A stretch of 64,000 nt of DNA from an uncultured virus (IMG/VR IMGVR_UViG_3300032291_002419) (taxonomy: Duplodnaviria; Heunggongvirae; Uroviricota; Caudoviricetes). A program made the translations under genes and the position numbers. The DNA is taken from the IMG/VR virus record IMGVR_UViG_3300032291_002419; one strand, written 5' to 3'. Under the pieces are notes generated by a model that was given only the letters and a program-made list of their open reading frames with translations, did no database searches and was not told where the DNA came from. Position 1 is the stretch's first letter. Every line of letters starts with the position of its first letter. Positions 10,172 to 21,034 of this stretch are shown one piece after another.

Positions 10172-11416
10172 ATGAGTATTAGAAAATATACAAACTTCGA
10201 ATTAATTGAGGCAAATTTAGCAAATCAAGGGCAGTTTTTGCAAGAAAATGATAGATTTATAATCAATCAAAGTCAAATCGAAAATACTGATTTTGGTGAA
10301 TGTAGGCACGATGTAATGGAAGTGTCGGTCTACGATGTCAACAGCAATTTATTACCAATTAAAAGTGGTAAAAATGTTGCATACATTAAAACGGGAGATA
10401 TAAAAAATTATCTATATAACATCACAAATAATGTAGGACATCGTGAGTTGGCGATTGATATTGAAAAACTCCTAAATGATTTAGGATTTACCAATGGCAT
10501 TTTAAAAGTTAATATAAATTTTGTAAGAAATAAGATTGGTTCGGAAAATGAATTTAGAAAAGTATGGATACATGAAATATCTCCATCGCGAGAAGAAATT
10601 AGAATATTGCCATTGAAAGCGACGGATACTAATATTAGTAAATTGACAAGCGATGAGTTTATAAATGTAAACAATTTAAGTAAAGATTTTAAATACTACA
10701 AAGAACATATATTGAATACATTGGATTCGTTGCATTACTCATATCTAGCATCTATAACAAATTTGCTACTCAATCGGTTTGGTAACGATTTTAAGGTAGT
10801 TTTGCGTAAAGATTTTGGATTGTCGGATTTTGATGGATTTACCGAACGAATATTTTTAGATTTCAAAACTAGCATAAGATATTGGTTAACTAATAGGGAA
10901 TATGATATATTGCAATCCAATTATGGAACACCATCCGTAATTAGATTTGAAGATTGTGAGGCATACGAATTTACATCATTATTGGCGGATATGCAAAGTA
11001 TTTTACGAAAATGTATAGAAAAACATACTCCTACATTAAAACGAAGAGATATTTCTATAAAAACTTTACCAAAAGAATTTGAAATTACACAACTTCAAAA
11101 AGAATTAAAAGATTTGGTGGGTAATATTTCTATAAATGAAACAAAAGTTAGAAATGTATATAACCCAGAAAATGTTGACTTAACGGTAACTGGCGTCACC
11201 AACACACCAGTACGAGTAATACCGGTACGAGTAATTCCAATCGAGTCCCCAGAAGTAGCACCACCGAATGTAGTAGAAATATTAGACCCACCGTCGATGG
11301 AGTCGTGGATAGATTCAAATGCACGGAGCGGAGATAATATTACGACCCCATGGCGGGGCCAAACCGGCTTTGACCCTGAATTGCGACCAGAATTTGATAG
11401 GGAAAATATACAATAA
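10172..11416 (+). CDS. Putative baseplate/tail structural protein
   Basis: 414-aa ORF in the structural operon (IHEISPSREEIRI). Confidence 0.55.
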   Translation: MSIRKYTNFELIEANLANQGQFLQENDRFIINQSQIENTDFGECRHDVMEVSVYDVNSNLLPIKSGKNVAYIKTGDIKNYLYNITNNVGHRELAIDIEKLLNDLGFTNGILKVNINFVRNKIGSENEFRKVWIHEISPSREEIRILPLKATDTNISKLTSDEFINVNNLSKDFKYYKEHILNTLDSLHYSYLASITNLLLNRFGNDFKVVLRKDFGLSDFDGFTERIFLDFKTSIRYWLTNREYDILQSNYGTPSVIRFEDCEAYEFTSLLADMQSILRKCIEKHTPTLKRRDISIKTLPKEFEITQLQKELKDLVGNISINETKVRNVYNPENVDLTVTGVTNTPVRVIPVRVIPIESPEVAPPNVVEILDPPSMESWIDSNARSGDNITTPWRGQTGFDPELRPEFDRENIQ

Positions 11417-11439
11417 GATATTTATAATAAATAATAAAT

Positions 11440-14400
11440 TTGGTAATAGTGGAAAATGATAACTTTGCATACATCTCGCCAACGGATTCAAATGAAATAA
11501 CTAACAAAGAAATTTCAATATATTTGGCATCCGATAACGGAGACGTGGAATTTTTAGAAAATGGAGAGTCAAGGGGATATGGAATAAGTACTACTATCAG
11601 ATACTCGCCTGCCACTACATTCAATTCACCAAAAAGATATGAAGTAGTTAAAAACGGACATAAGGCGACTAAATATTATCAATTATCAATTTCATCCGTT
11701 AGCCCAGCCCAATCAAACTCGATTGATGCTTACGAGCAATTTCTTTTACAAGAATACGATTTACAATCGGATGGGACATATGTTGAAGGTAATACTAGAC
11801 GTTTGGATACGGGAAAGGTAACGTTAATATTCGAATTAATCAATAAATTACCAACAATTCCTGTAATCGATTCCCCACCCGATATCGATTCCTCAATTGA
11901 ATATGAAGTAGCATTTTCATCAAATTTTAGAGAAGAGTTGGCAAATAATGTAATATTAAATTACACTATATTTGCAAAAGATGGAATAATTTCGGATAGT
12001 GGAGTCGTATCATTAGCCGATGGTAATGTTATTCGAACAATAAATGGAAACAATTTAGATGGTAGGGTAGATTTTAAAATAGATTATATCAATAAACCAA
12101 ATGAATATAATTTATTAAATATATATCAAACATCAAATACCAAGCTTCTAGCGGAGAATAAGAATAGTGGATTTGATTTTACCAAATGGAATACGCAGAA
12201 TTCTGCATTTTCAGTACCGGCCGAACAACTTAAATCGGGCATAGCCGTTGTAGTCTTTTTCGAAAAAGTGATACAAGCCGCTAGACCCATAATTAATTTA
12301 AATACTACACAATATAGTGTACAAGTTAAAGATTCCGATTTAGAAAGAGAAGTAAATATACCATTCAATACAGCTAACGCTGATACGGTAAGAGTTTATA
12401 TCGATGGTAAAGAGGGAACGATAGTAATTCCTGCATCAAGCGGAGTTGCAACATTATATTTTCAGAAAGATTTTTCGGAAATATACGGAACTAAAAAAAT
12501 AGTATTAGTTGCGGAAAGTAATGTATATGGAGTAGGTGATTCTGTTATCGCATTAATCACATTTGTATCTGTAAATGATTTTCCATCAATTACAGAAATA
12601 TCATATAGTGATACAATCGATATACCATCATTTTCAGATTTTAATATTGATTTACAATACGAATATACATCATTCGCATCTTCTACCGTAGATGTTTATT
12701 TGAAAATAAAAGATGGCAGCAACATGCCATTATTTCAAAATTTAAAACCAAACGGAAGTTTTTCTATAAATTTAAAAACTTTAAGAGATACGTATATAAA
12801 TTGGGCAGGTAGTGATAATGTAACATTGATATTCAATCCATATAACCGAAGTGGAGCTGAGGAATTAATAGGCAATGCATATGAGATACGCACGAGTCTA
12901 ACGCTACCGATATTTCAGTTGGATGAAGATATATTCACAACTGCTATTTTCGAATCATTCGTAGACGTATTAACAATAATTGAACCTGAAAAAGAAAGTA
13001 AGTATTTAACTCATTTAGCCAATTTCGATAATAATGACCAAATTCTAATTTCAAATTGGGAAAATGATGATTGGACATTATCAAAAAAAAGTATCGATGT
13101 TTTAGGGAATACTTATGTTAAGCCGGAGGATGAAGTTAAAGCGATTATATTAAAATTATATACAGCGTTACCACCAAACGTTTCAACTAATTCTACATTT
13201 TGGATTACAAAATTAATGGCTAACCCATTAGTTGAAACTATCATATTAAATGAGCAATCCGAAATTAGCTGCCCACCAATAAAGGGCCCAAATTTCAATT
13301 TAGATATAGATTATATAACTGGAAATTCGACAAATTTCGAATCTCTGGATAGTATGATTTTAAGTGGTTCAACTTCATCCGCACAACTCGTTACTACATA
13401 TTTGAGCTCTTCTATAATTAATATGCAAGAGTTGAATATAGAATATGCTAGTGGTTCTACATATTTATGGAATAATTTTACACATTTTAGTTCAGCAAAA
13501 GAACGTGTTGAAAATTTTGCATATAAAGTTCAATTAATAGAGAGATACGAAGAATTAATTGTAAGTGCATCTACGAATTACACAGGTATGATGAGTGGTT
13601 CATATACATCATCCATATCTTCGTTGCAAGAAGTAGACAAGCAAATAATAAAGAAAAATACTATATTATCCGGCTTCGATGGATTTGAAAAATTCTTATA
13701 CACATCATCTTCATTATATACTACAAATGATACCAATTCCGTAACTTGGCCGTATGATGAAGTTGGTAGAATTTCATCTAACAATTCCGCAGTCATATTA
13801 CCTTGGTATAATAATATCATAGAATTGGCAGAATCATATGATATAGAAAATCCCAATTGGCTTAGAAACAATATCCCACAATATATTGTAAATAACGATG
13901 AAAATGAAAGTTTATTACTATTCATATCAATGATTGGGCACCATTTTGATAATATATATTTTCATACAAAATCCATAGAAAAAAGTAGAGGATTGGGATA
14001 CCGTAGTAAAGATATTTCCGATAAGATACTATTTGATGTATTGAAATCATTTAATTGGGATGCTAAGAATTTAGAATCTGATAGTAAACTATGGCAATAT
14101 GCGTTTGGAGTAGATTCAAATGGAAATCAAAAGACTGCCAATCCAGCCAAAACGCGCACATCGGAAGTTTGGAGAAGAATAGCAAATAATTTACCATATT
14201 TACTAAAACATAAAGGTACGAGGCGAGGCGTTTACGCATTGTTGGCTTGCTATGGGATACCATCATCCAATCTTTCAATTTTAGAATTTGGTGGACCAGA
14301 TGTTACAACCGGTCCTAAAAGTAAATTGATATATGATACAATTACTACTGTTCTAAATTTCAATGATACTACATCCGTTTCAATGGATTGGAGAACTACC

Positions 14401-16410
14401 GATAAAGGCAACAAACCAAAGACTATTGAATTATTTGTTAAACCAGCATACCCATCAATGCATACTTTAATTAGTGGAAGTGGGTGGAATGTAAAATTAA
14501 GTGGTTCTACCGATAGTGAGTATGGTGCAGTAATTTTCAATTATAGTGGTTCTGCGAATATTACAACTACATCTTTACCAATATTTAATGGTAAATTTTT
14601 TGGTGTAGCAGTAAGTTCCGGCTCGAATGGATTGAAACTAGATGTAAGACAAGTTCAAAAGGAAAAGACTATATTTGAATATTCAAATACTATAACAGCA
14701 TCGGTAAGTAATTGGAATAATGGGAATACATTAAAGTTAGGTGGAAATTATAGTGGTAGTGTAGATGAGTTCAGACTATGGTCGGAAGTATTGAATACCG
14801 ATGTATTTTATGAACACGCTTCATTTCCAGAAATGATTAATGGTAATAGTATTTCAGCATCGACTAGCGATTTGTATTTTCGTTTAGATTTCGAATATCC
14901 TAAAAATTTACATGAGATAACTCCACTTATAAATGTAGATGCAAATACGTACTTTGGAAATGGATATACTAGAAATGATTTAGAACGTGGGGAATTTTTA
15001 CCAATGTATTCAAATAATTCAAGTCCATTACTATATGCAACCGCAGAAGGGTTTCCGTTTGTAGGAGAGTATCCATATCAATTTGAAGTAATTGATAGAA
15101 ATGCGATATTAAGTATTCCAAACATCGGTTCTAGTCGATATTCTACCGATAAAGTTAGATTTGAATCACAAACATTGATTGGCGATTTATCATCCAAACA
15201 TCGTTCGACTGTAAAGGTAATCGAACAATCATCAAATGATTCCAATCGGGTTGGATTATGTTTTTCTCCGACGAAAGAATTGAATATTGATATTGCAAAA
15301 TCTTTAGGTGGAGTTAATTTAGATAATTTTATCGGAGACCCATCGGATGATTACAAATCGAAGTATAGTAAATTGGATGGATTACGAAATTATTATTTCC
15401 AAAGATTCACTGGTAGAAATATTTATGAGTATATAAATTTAATCAAACTATATGAGAAATCTATGTTTGAGGATATTAAGAATATGCTACCAGCTAGAGT
15501 CAAAGCTACCACTGGATTACTGATTGAACCACATATTTTAGAAAGAAGTAAGATAGAGCATAAGAAACCATCCGGAGATGAATATCAACATGAAACAAAC
15601 ATAAAATATTCAGATACCACATTTACATCAGCCGATAATAATCAGTATAATGCGATTATTGATATGGATTTAAATGAGAGAGTTGTAGCCGAATCTAACC
15701 AATACCAAGCCACAATACATACCGCATCACTGGAAACTATAACAGCAGAGGATTATCAAAATACAGCTAATATAAATTATTTTGATGATATTGTATTTAC
15801 ATCGCAGTATTATCAAACGGAAGCTATTATAGATGCGGGATTGGATGAAGTTGGATTATTATTTAAAATAGATACAGATGATGAGTATTTTACCACAGTA
15901 ATCGGTGAAAGCGAATTGGAAAATATTGGATTTGGTATTTATGCCGAAAATGGACACGCTATTAGAACATATTTTGACCCATATAATCGAAGAGTAAAAG
16001 AGAGAATCAAAATAGATTTAATTAAAGAAGAGAAAATAAAGACTACATCCAAATATAACATTGTGGTGGATGGTATGGGAGACCCAAGAGGCGGATTCGA
16101 ACCCACATCTTCTATTTATTATGAAACTAAATTAAATATACAACCATATTCCAATTCAAAAGTTATAAATGCGGGAGTGGGAAATATCGTAGAAGTAACA
16201 CCGGTATCCGGTTATCTACCAACTCATTATAGATATACAAATGATTTAACTAACGGACTGCAGAATAGTTTTTTTAGAGGATGTAAAAACACAGCAGCGA
16301 CCACATTGGACGGTTCATCTCCAATTGAATCATTCATATCCAATCCGAATACATTAAAGGTAAATGTAGCAGGAAGAAACGCATCAGAACCTATATTGGA
16401 AGTTGAATAA
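11440..16410 (+). CDS. Large baseplate wedge protein (gp7/P2 gpI-like segment plus LamG-like domain)
   Basis: NLPYLLKHKGTRRGVYALL resembles the gp7/gpI 'KGT' motif; LamG-like YSGSVDEFRLWS. TTG start is uncertain. Confidence 0.65.
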   Translation: MVIVENDNFAYISPTDSNEITNKEISIYLASDNGDVEFLENGESRGYGISTTIRYSPATTFNSPKRYEVVKNGHKATKYYQLSISSVSPAQSNSIDAYEQFLLQEYDLQSDGTYVEGNTRRLDTGKVTLIFELINKLPTIPVIDSPPDIDSSIEYEVAFSSNFREELANNVILNYTIFAKDGIISDSGVVSLADGNVIRTINGNNLDGRVDFKIDYINKPNEYNLLNIYQTSNTKLLAENKNSGFDFTKWNTQNSAFSVPAEQLKSGIAVVVFFEKVIQAARPIINLNTTQYSVQVKDSDLEREVNIPFNTANADTVRVYIDGKEGTIVIPASSGVATLYFQKDFSEIYGTKKIVLVAESNVYGVGDSVIALITFVSVNDFPSITEISYSDTIDIPSFSDFNIDLQYEYTSFASSTVDVYLKIKDGSNMPLFQNLKPNGSFSINLKTLRDTYINWAGSDNVTLIFNPYNRSGAEELIGNAYEIRTSLTLPIFQLDEDIFTTAIFESFVDVLTIIEPEKESKYLTHLANFDNNDQILISNWENDDWTLSKKSIDVLGNTYVKPEDEVKAIILKLYTALPPNVSTNSTFWITKLMANPLVETIILNEQSEISCPPIKGPNFNLDIDYITGNSTNFESLDSMILSGSTSSAQLVTTYLSSSIINMQELNIEYASGSTYLWNNFTHFSSAKERVENFAYKVQLIERYEELIVSASTNYTGMMSGSYTSSISSLQEVDKQIIKKNTILSGFDGFEKFLYTSSSLYTTNDTNSVTWPYDEVGRISSNNSAVILPWYNNIIELAESYDIENPNWLRNNIPQYIVNNDENESLLLFISMIGHHFDNIYFHTKSIEKSRGLGYRSKDISDKILFDVLKSFNWDAKNLESDSKLWQYAFGVDSNGNQKTANPAKTRTSEVWRRIANNLPYLLKHKGTRRGVYALLACYGIPSSNLSILEFGGPDVTTGPKSKLIYDTITTVLNFNDTTSVSMDWRTTDKGNKPKTIELFVKPAYPSMHTLISGSGWNVKLSGSTDSEYGAVIFNYSGSANITTTSLPIFNGKFFGVAVSSGSNGLKLDVRQVQKEKTIFEYSNTITASVSNWNNGNTLKLGGNYSGSVDEFRLWSEVLNTDVFYEHASFPEMINGNSISASTSDLYFRLDFEYPKNLHEITPLINVDANTYFGNGYTRNDLERGEFLPMYSNNSSPLLYATAEGFPFVGEYPYQFEVIDRNAILSIPNIGSSRYSTDKVRFESQTLIGDLSSKHRSTVKVIEQSSNDSNRVGLCFSPTKELNIDIAKSLGGVNLDNFIGDPSDDYKSKYSKLDGLRNYYFQRFTGRNIYEYINLIKLYEKSMFEDIKNMLPARVKATTGLLIEPHILERSKIEHKKPSGDEYQHETNIKYSDTTFTSADNNQYNAIIDMDLNERVVAESNQYQATIHTASLETITAEDYQNTANINYFDDIVFTSQYYQTEAIIDAGLDEVGLLFKIDTDDEYFTTVIGESELENIGFGIYAENGHAIRTYFDPYNRRVKERIKIDLIKEEKIKTTSKYNIVVDGMGDPRGGFEPTSSIYYETKLNIQPYSNSKVINAGVGNIVEVTPVSGYLPTHYRYTNDLTNGLQNSFFRGCKNTAATTLDGSSPIESFISNPNTLKVNVAGRNASEPILEVE

Positions 16411-16479
16411 TTTTTAATATTTATAAGAAATAACAGATTTTAAAAATATTTATATTTATAAACAAAGAATAATAAAAAA

Positions 16480-17103
16480 ATGGGATACTTATCGAACACA
16501 GATTTGACAGTTGATGCAATTCTAACTAAAAAAGGTAGAGAAAAACTCGCAGCAGGTCAAGGATTAAACATCACACAATTTGCATTAGCAGATGATGAAA
16601 TAGACTACTCACTTTATGAGCCAGCACATCCATTAGGTTCAGCTTACTATGATTCAGCGATACGAAGTATACCTGTATTAGAAGCTAATCCGGATGAAAC
16701 ACAGGTTATGAAGTATAAATTAGTAACTTTGCCAAAAAACACAACTCGTATTCCAATCGTAGAGTTCGGTGTTCCTAATATATCCGTAAATCAGAGAAGT
16801 GGGGAAGTAGCACTTTCACCAACCACATCCCCAGCTGGAAACAGACGGATGGGATATACACTCATATTAGCTAATAAAAATGCCGGTGATATCGTTGGAG
16901 AAGGAGTTAGCACAGATGTTGGAACAGTTCCAATATTCATTGGAGATGATGTATCTGCAACAGCTGCCGTATCAAAAGGATTGACTTTTAAATTTATACC
17001 AAATCCATCGTTAACTTCGACTATCAGAACGACTATAACCGTATATGGTAACGAAACAGGTGGTTCACAAACAATTCCAGTAACCATAACATACGTTCAA
17101 TAA
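16480..17103 (+). CDS. Virion structural protein (baseplate/tail)
   Basis: VDAILTKKGRE...ITQFALADDEIDY; preceded by tandem late motifs. Confidence 0.6.
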   Translation: MGYLSNTDLTVDAILTKKGREKLAAGQGLNITQFALADDEIDYSLYEPAHPLGSAYYDSAIRSIPVLEANPDETQVMKYKLVTLPKNTTRIPIVEFGVPNISVNQRSGEVALSPTTSPAGNRRMGYTLILANKNAGDIVGEGVSTDVGTVPIFIGDDVSATAAVSKGLTFKFIPNPSLTSTIRTTITVYGNETGGSQTIPVTITYVQ

Positions 17104-17111
17104 TATAAACT

Positions 17112-18374
17112 ATGGCATTAATTAGAGATAATAGAGGACAGCTCTTAGCAAGTAATCTATCACAATATTTAGCAGGAGCCGCTAATACAGCAGGAACTCC
17201 CGTTGACACAAACGAATTAGTTAGAATCTTAAATCAATTTTTGGGAGAGGGAGAGCAGATTAGTTCCGATTTAACAACCGTAACCAACGGAATTTATAAA
17301 AAATTTGGAGCAATTGATAAGGTAACAAATCGAACAGAAATCGTAACATCGGGGATATGGAGCGGTGACGCCGGCTCTTTAACCGTAAATTCCACATATA
17401 CATCATCTACCCAAATAGCAGATATAAGTGGTAAATACTACATCGATGTATATAATGAGTTGATTTCAGATGATGCATCCGAAGTTCAATTTTCAATCGC
17501 ATATGGAGATGTGGATGGATTTGGCGCACCTACATTACAACAAACTGATACATCTACATTACCAAGCAAAGCAACGTATAGCCAATATGCTAATATATTG
17601 CTAGAAAGTGGAGATTCGTATTTTAGCGTATATAATGGAACTACTGCGGGTGGGTTGGATTTGAGAAACTTTTATGCAATAAACATAAATAGGGCTAGAT
17701 ACAAAGAAAGATTAGACCCGGGTAACATATCAATAAGTTTATCAGGTTCATTAAGAACCATTACACTAATAGATGATAGTGGTGGAACTGATGAAAATGT
17801 AACTACATCCGGTAGAGTTTACAATTTAGTATCGGGTTCATTGAATATTGGTTCATCATTGAATTCTACAATAAATTCGCCAACCGCATCAAATGGACAA
17901 GGTTGGGGATTATTTTATCCAGATATGGGTATTGTGTTATTAAATCCAGCTGCATTGAGTGCATCGGTTGATGTAAAATTAGCACCAGCATATGGTTCGC
18001 AGACCGATGTGTATCACAATAATTCATCAAGCGGGTCTACATATACGGCAAATTCGGGTTCAATAATGTTGTTGAAATCATTAGCAGGTGGTGCGGATTT
18101 CCAAGTCCGTAGAACTGAAAATGTATCAACTTCACATTACTTTGTAAGAGCAAATAATAGAGAATTTAATTTTTCAAATAATCCAACATTTGTTGTAACC
18201 GGTTCTACTGGAGAATTCATCAATAGTTCATTCAATAGAGACCCTAAAGTGTATATCACAACGGTGGGATTATATGATGATGCAAATGAATTATTAGCAG
18301 TAGCAAAAACATCACAGCCCGTTGTAAAATCATTCGATAGAGAAATAGCTATAAAGGTCAAATTAGATTTTTAA
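17112..18374 (+). CDS. Tail/baseplate structural protein
   Basis: C-terminal YITTVGLYDDANELLAVAK...IKVKLDF, a tail-collar/baseplate-type motif; paralogous C-terminus in the next gene. Confidence 0.6.
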   Translation: MALIRDNRGQLLASNLSQYLAGAANTAGTPVDTNELVRILNQFLGEGEQISSDLTTVTNGIYKKFGAIDKVTNRTEIVTSGIWSGDAGSLTVNSTYTSSTQIADISGKYYIDVYNELISDDASEVQFSIAYGDVDGFGAPTLQQTDTSTLPSKATYSQYANILLESGDSYFSVYNGTTAGGLDLRNFYAININRARYKERLDPGNISISLSGSLRTITLIDDSGGTDENVTTSGRVYNLVSGSLNIGSSLNSTINSPTASNGQGWGLFYPDMGIVLLNPAALSASVDVKLAPAYGSQTDVYHNNSSSGSTYTANSGSIMLLKSLAGGADFQVRRTENVSTSHYFVRANNREFNFSNNPTFVVTGSTGEFINSSFNRDPKVYITTVGLYDDANELLAVAKTSQPVVKSFDREIAIKVKLDF

Positions 18375-18396
18375 AAAAAACTTATAATTGATACAT

Positions 18397-18420
18397 AACC
18401 CCCTTTAATGGGGGTTTTTT
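18397..18420 (+). terminator. Rho-independent terminator
   Basis: AACCCCC-TTTAAT-GGGGGTT hairpin followed by a T-run just after the stop at 18374. Confidence 0.85.
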
Positions 18421-18444
18421 GTTAATTTGATATTTATATATGAT

Positions 18445-19383
18445 ATGTTAAAACAGATACCAAAATCGGATATTAGTATTAGGCCGTTTAAGGCTTATAA
18501 GGAATGGAGTTTCGATAATACTTCATTAGAAATAGATACGTTGGAGGCCAATGTATCATCATCTGTATTATCTGGACTATATCCTAAAAATACCATTTAT
18601 GGTCAATTGCGAGCTCAATTTTATTATGATTCCGGCGATAATCCAATATTGAGAAGTGGATATAAGAGTAACGTATATGATGATTCCACATCAAAAGAAA
18701 GATTATTGGATGAATCGGCTAAAATAATATCAATTCCAATTACGTATATAGGAGAAGGAATACAACGAGGTTCATTGGTATTTATCGATGATGTGAATTT
18801 GGAAACGGAAGAAATTTATACAGATGATTCATTTGGAAATTTACAAAATGATAATGGGATACGAGTTGGCAATGTATTTTACAATCAAGGGTTAATAGTA
18901 TTTACCAGAACATTGGAAAACATACTACAATCGCAATGGAAATTGAATTATAAATCAACTAAAACAATTTATGAAAATGAATATTTAATAGTTGTAAATG
19001 AAGATGAATTCAATATATCACAAAATCCATCAGCAATTGTTGAAGTTGGAAAAGTTGATGAATATATAACTACAACTGATAATAAAATTTTTAAAACAAC
19101 GCCAATAACTGGTACAAAATATATTAAAAAATTATCAACACTGGATAATGGAAATATATTAGATTATAGATATAGCGGCTCAATAGGAGCAATTAATGCG
19201 GGATTCGAGCACTATGACTTAAGTGGCTCAGTTGACTCAACAGGCTCATTTCTAGCCCCCTACATTACAACCATAGGACTATACGATGATGCCGGAGATT
19301 TGGTGGTAGTTGCCAAATTACCAAAGCCAATTAAATCCGAACCACAGATACCTGTAAATTTTATTATTCGTTTTGATACTTAA
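18445..19383 (+). CDS. Tail/baseplate structural protein, paralogue of 17112..18374
   Basis: C-terminal PYITTIGLYDDAGDLVVVAKL...IIRFDT. ATG 18445 preferred over TTG 18427 because the late motif lies at 18429-18438. Confidence 0.6.
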   Translation: MLKQIPKSDISIRPFKAYKEWSFDNTSLEIDTLEANVSSSVLSGLYPKNTIYGQLRAQFYYDSGDNPILRSGYKSNVYDDSTSKERLLDESAKIISIPITYIGEGIQRGSLVFIDDVNLETEEIYTDDSFGNLQNDNGIRVGNVFYNQGLIVFTRTLENILQSQWKLNYKSTKTIYENEYLIVVNEDEFNISQNPSAIVEVGKVDEYITTTDNKIFKTTPITGTKYIKKLSTLDNGNILDYRYSGSIGAINAGFEHYDLSGSVDSTGSFLAPYITTIGLYDDAGDLVVVAKLPKPIKSEPQIPVNFIIRFDT

Positions 19384-19411
19384 CTTATATTTATATTAAA
19401 CAAAAAACATT

Positions 19412-19624
19412 ATGGCAACTATTTTAGAATTATACAAAGCAGCTCAGTCATCATTAGGTGTAGATAAAATATCATATGCAGCTGGTGAAAATGCAAAAAC
19501 TCCATATACTACAAATGATTTGAAAAAAGCAGATGCGCAAGTATTAACTGCCGATAAATTTAAATCTGGAAGAGGTGGAATATTGAGTGAAAAAAAATAT
19601 TCAGATTATACTAATAAAAATTAA
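19412..19624 (+). CDS. Small hypothetical late protein
   Basis: 70-aa ORF after TATATTTATA (19386-19395). Confidence 0.65.
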   Translation: MATILELYKAAQSSLGVDKISYAAGENAKTPYTTNDLKKADAQVLTADKFKSGRGGILSEKKYSDYTNKN

Positions 19625-20032
19625 ATGGCTAAATTGGTTACAAAACAAATGAAATCCAAATGGGTTGCTGCAAAGTATGGATTTAAATCGGGATTAGAAG
19701 AAATAGTTTCGAATCAGATTGCTGGTAATGGCATCGATGTAAAATATGAATCCGAAAAACTCATATATACAATACCTGCCACACAGCATACATATACTCC
19801 AGATTTCATATTACCAAACGGAATTATAATAGAAACTAAAGGTAGATTCGTTATAGCCGATAGAAAGAAGCATATTTTAATAAAAGAACAACACCCGGAA
19901 TTAGATATACGATTCATATTTACCAATTCACGGAATAAATTAAATAAATCTTCAAAAACCACATACGCCGATTGGTGTAATAAAAATGGATTTATATATG
20001 CCGATAAATTAATACCACAAGATTGGTTCTAA
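19625..20032 (+). CDS. Endonuclease I (T7 gp3-like Holliday junction resolvase)
   Basis: FKSGLEE, YTPDFILPNGIIIETKGRF, HPELDIRFIF and TTYADWC motifs. Confidence 0.92.
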   Translation: MAKLVTKQMKSKWVAAKYGFKSGLEEIVSNQIAGNGIDVKYESEKLIYTIPATQHTYTPDFILPNGIIIETKGRFVIADRKKHILIKEQHPELDIRFIFTNSRNKLNKSSKTTYADWCNKNGFIYADKLIPQDWF

Positions 20033-20036
20033 AATA

Positions 20037-20068
20037 TTTGGAAATATCAAATAGTTTTCGTATATTTG
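20037..20068 (+). promoter_or_regulatory. Bacteroidota housekeeping-type promoter (-33 TTTG / -7 TAnnTTTG)
   Basis: TTTG 20037-20040, 20-nt spacer, TATATTTG 20061-20068, primase ATG at 20073. Confidence 0.75.
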
Positions 20069-20072
20069 GGGT

Positions 20073-21014
20073 ATGGTAAGTAATAATAATAAGAATAGGG
20101 TAACAAATGTCCTTAGTAATTCAATGGGAACATATCTCACATTGAAAGGAAATGAGTTGGCGTTTCATTGTCCATTTTGTAATCATCATAAACCAAAGAT
20201 GCAAGTCAACATTGACACTCAAAAATGGCATTGCTGGAATTGTAATAGTGGTGGAAAAAAATTAACATCATTACTTCGTAAATTGGATGTAGATTCCAAA
20301 ACTATAACCATTATTAGAGAAATATACGGTGATAGCGCTTGGTCAACCCAAAAAGATGATTCCGATACGAAAGTATTCATTCAACTTCCAAAAGAATTCA
20401 TTAGTCTATCCGAAGAGCCAAAGGGATTTAATCCTGAATATAAGCATGCAATGTTCTATCTCAACCAACGAGGTATTGGTATAAAAGAAATCATCAAATA
20501 TAATATTGGATACTGTAAAGAGGGATTATATTCGAGACGAATATTAATTCCATCGTATGATTCAAGCGGACAACTAAACTACTTCGTATCCCGTTCGTAT
20601 TATTCAGATGAAAAAATGAAATACAAAAACCCACCAATTAGTAAAAATATAATTGCATTCGATTCTCAAATAAATTGGAATGAACCAATTATTCTATGCG
20701 AAGGTGCGTTTGATGCTATAACAATAAAACGAAACGCTATACCATTATTAGGAAAGTTTCCATCTAAACAATTAATGGAAAAAATATTTATGAGTAGAGT
20801 TACTGATATTATAATTTCATTAGATAACGATGCAATAAACGATGCACTCAAAGCTGCGGAATATTTCAGAAAGCAAGGAATCAGTGTTAAAATGATGTAT
20901 TTAAGAGATAAGGATGCAGCTGACATGGGATATGTAAAATTTCACGAAGAATTAAAGGCAAGTAAAGTATTTTCAAGCGAAGAATTATTATTGAATAAAA
21001 TAAATAGTTTATAA
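20073..21014 (+). CDS. DNA primase (zinc-binding domain plus TOPRIM)
   Basis: CPFCNHH...WHCWNC zinc site; ILCEGAFD and LDNDA TOPRIM motifs. Confidence 0.92.
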   Translation: MVSNNNKNRVTNVLSNSMGTYLTLKGNELAFHCPFCNHHKPKMQVNIDTQKWHCWNCNSGGKKLTSLLRKLDVDSKTITIIREIYGDSAWSTQKDDSDTKVFIQLPKEFISLSEEPKGFNPEYKHAMFYLNQRGIGIKEIIKYNIGYCKEGLYSRRILIPSYDSSGQLNYFVSRSYYSDEKMKYKNPPISKNIIAFDSQINWNEPIILCEGAFDAITIKRNAIPLLGKFPSKQLMEKIFMSRVTDIIISLDNDAINDALKAAEYFRKQGISVKMMYLRDKDAADMGYVKFHEELKASKVFSSEELLLNKINSL

Positions 21015-21034
21015 ACTAATATAAATCATAACGT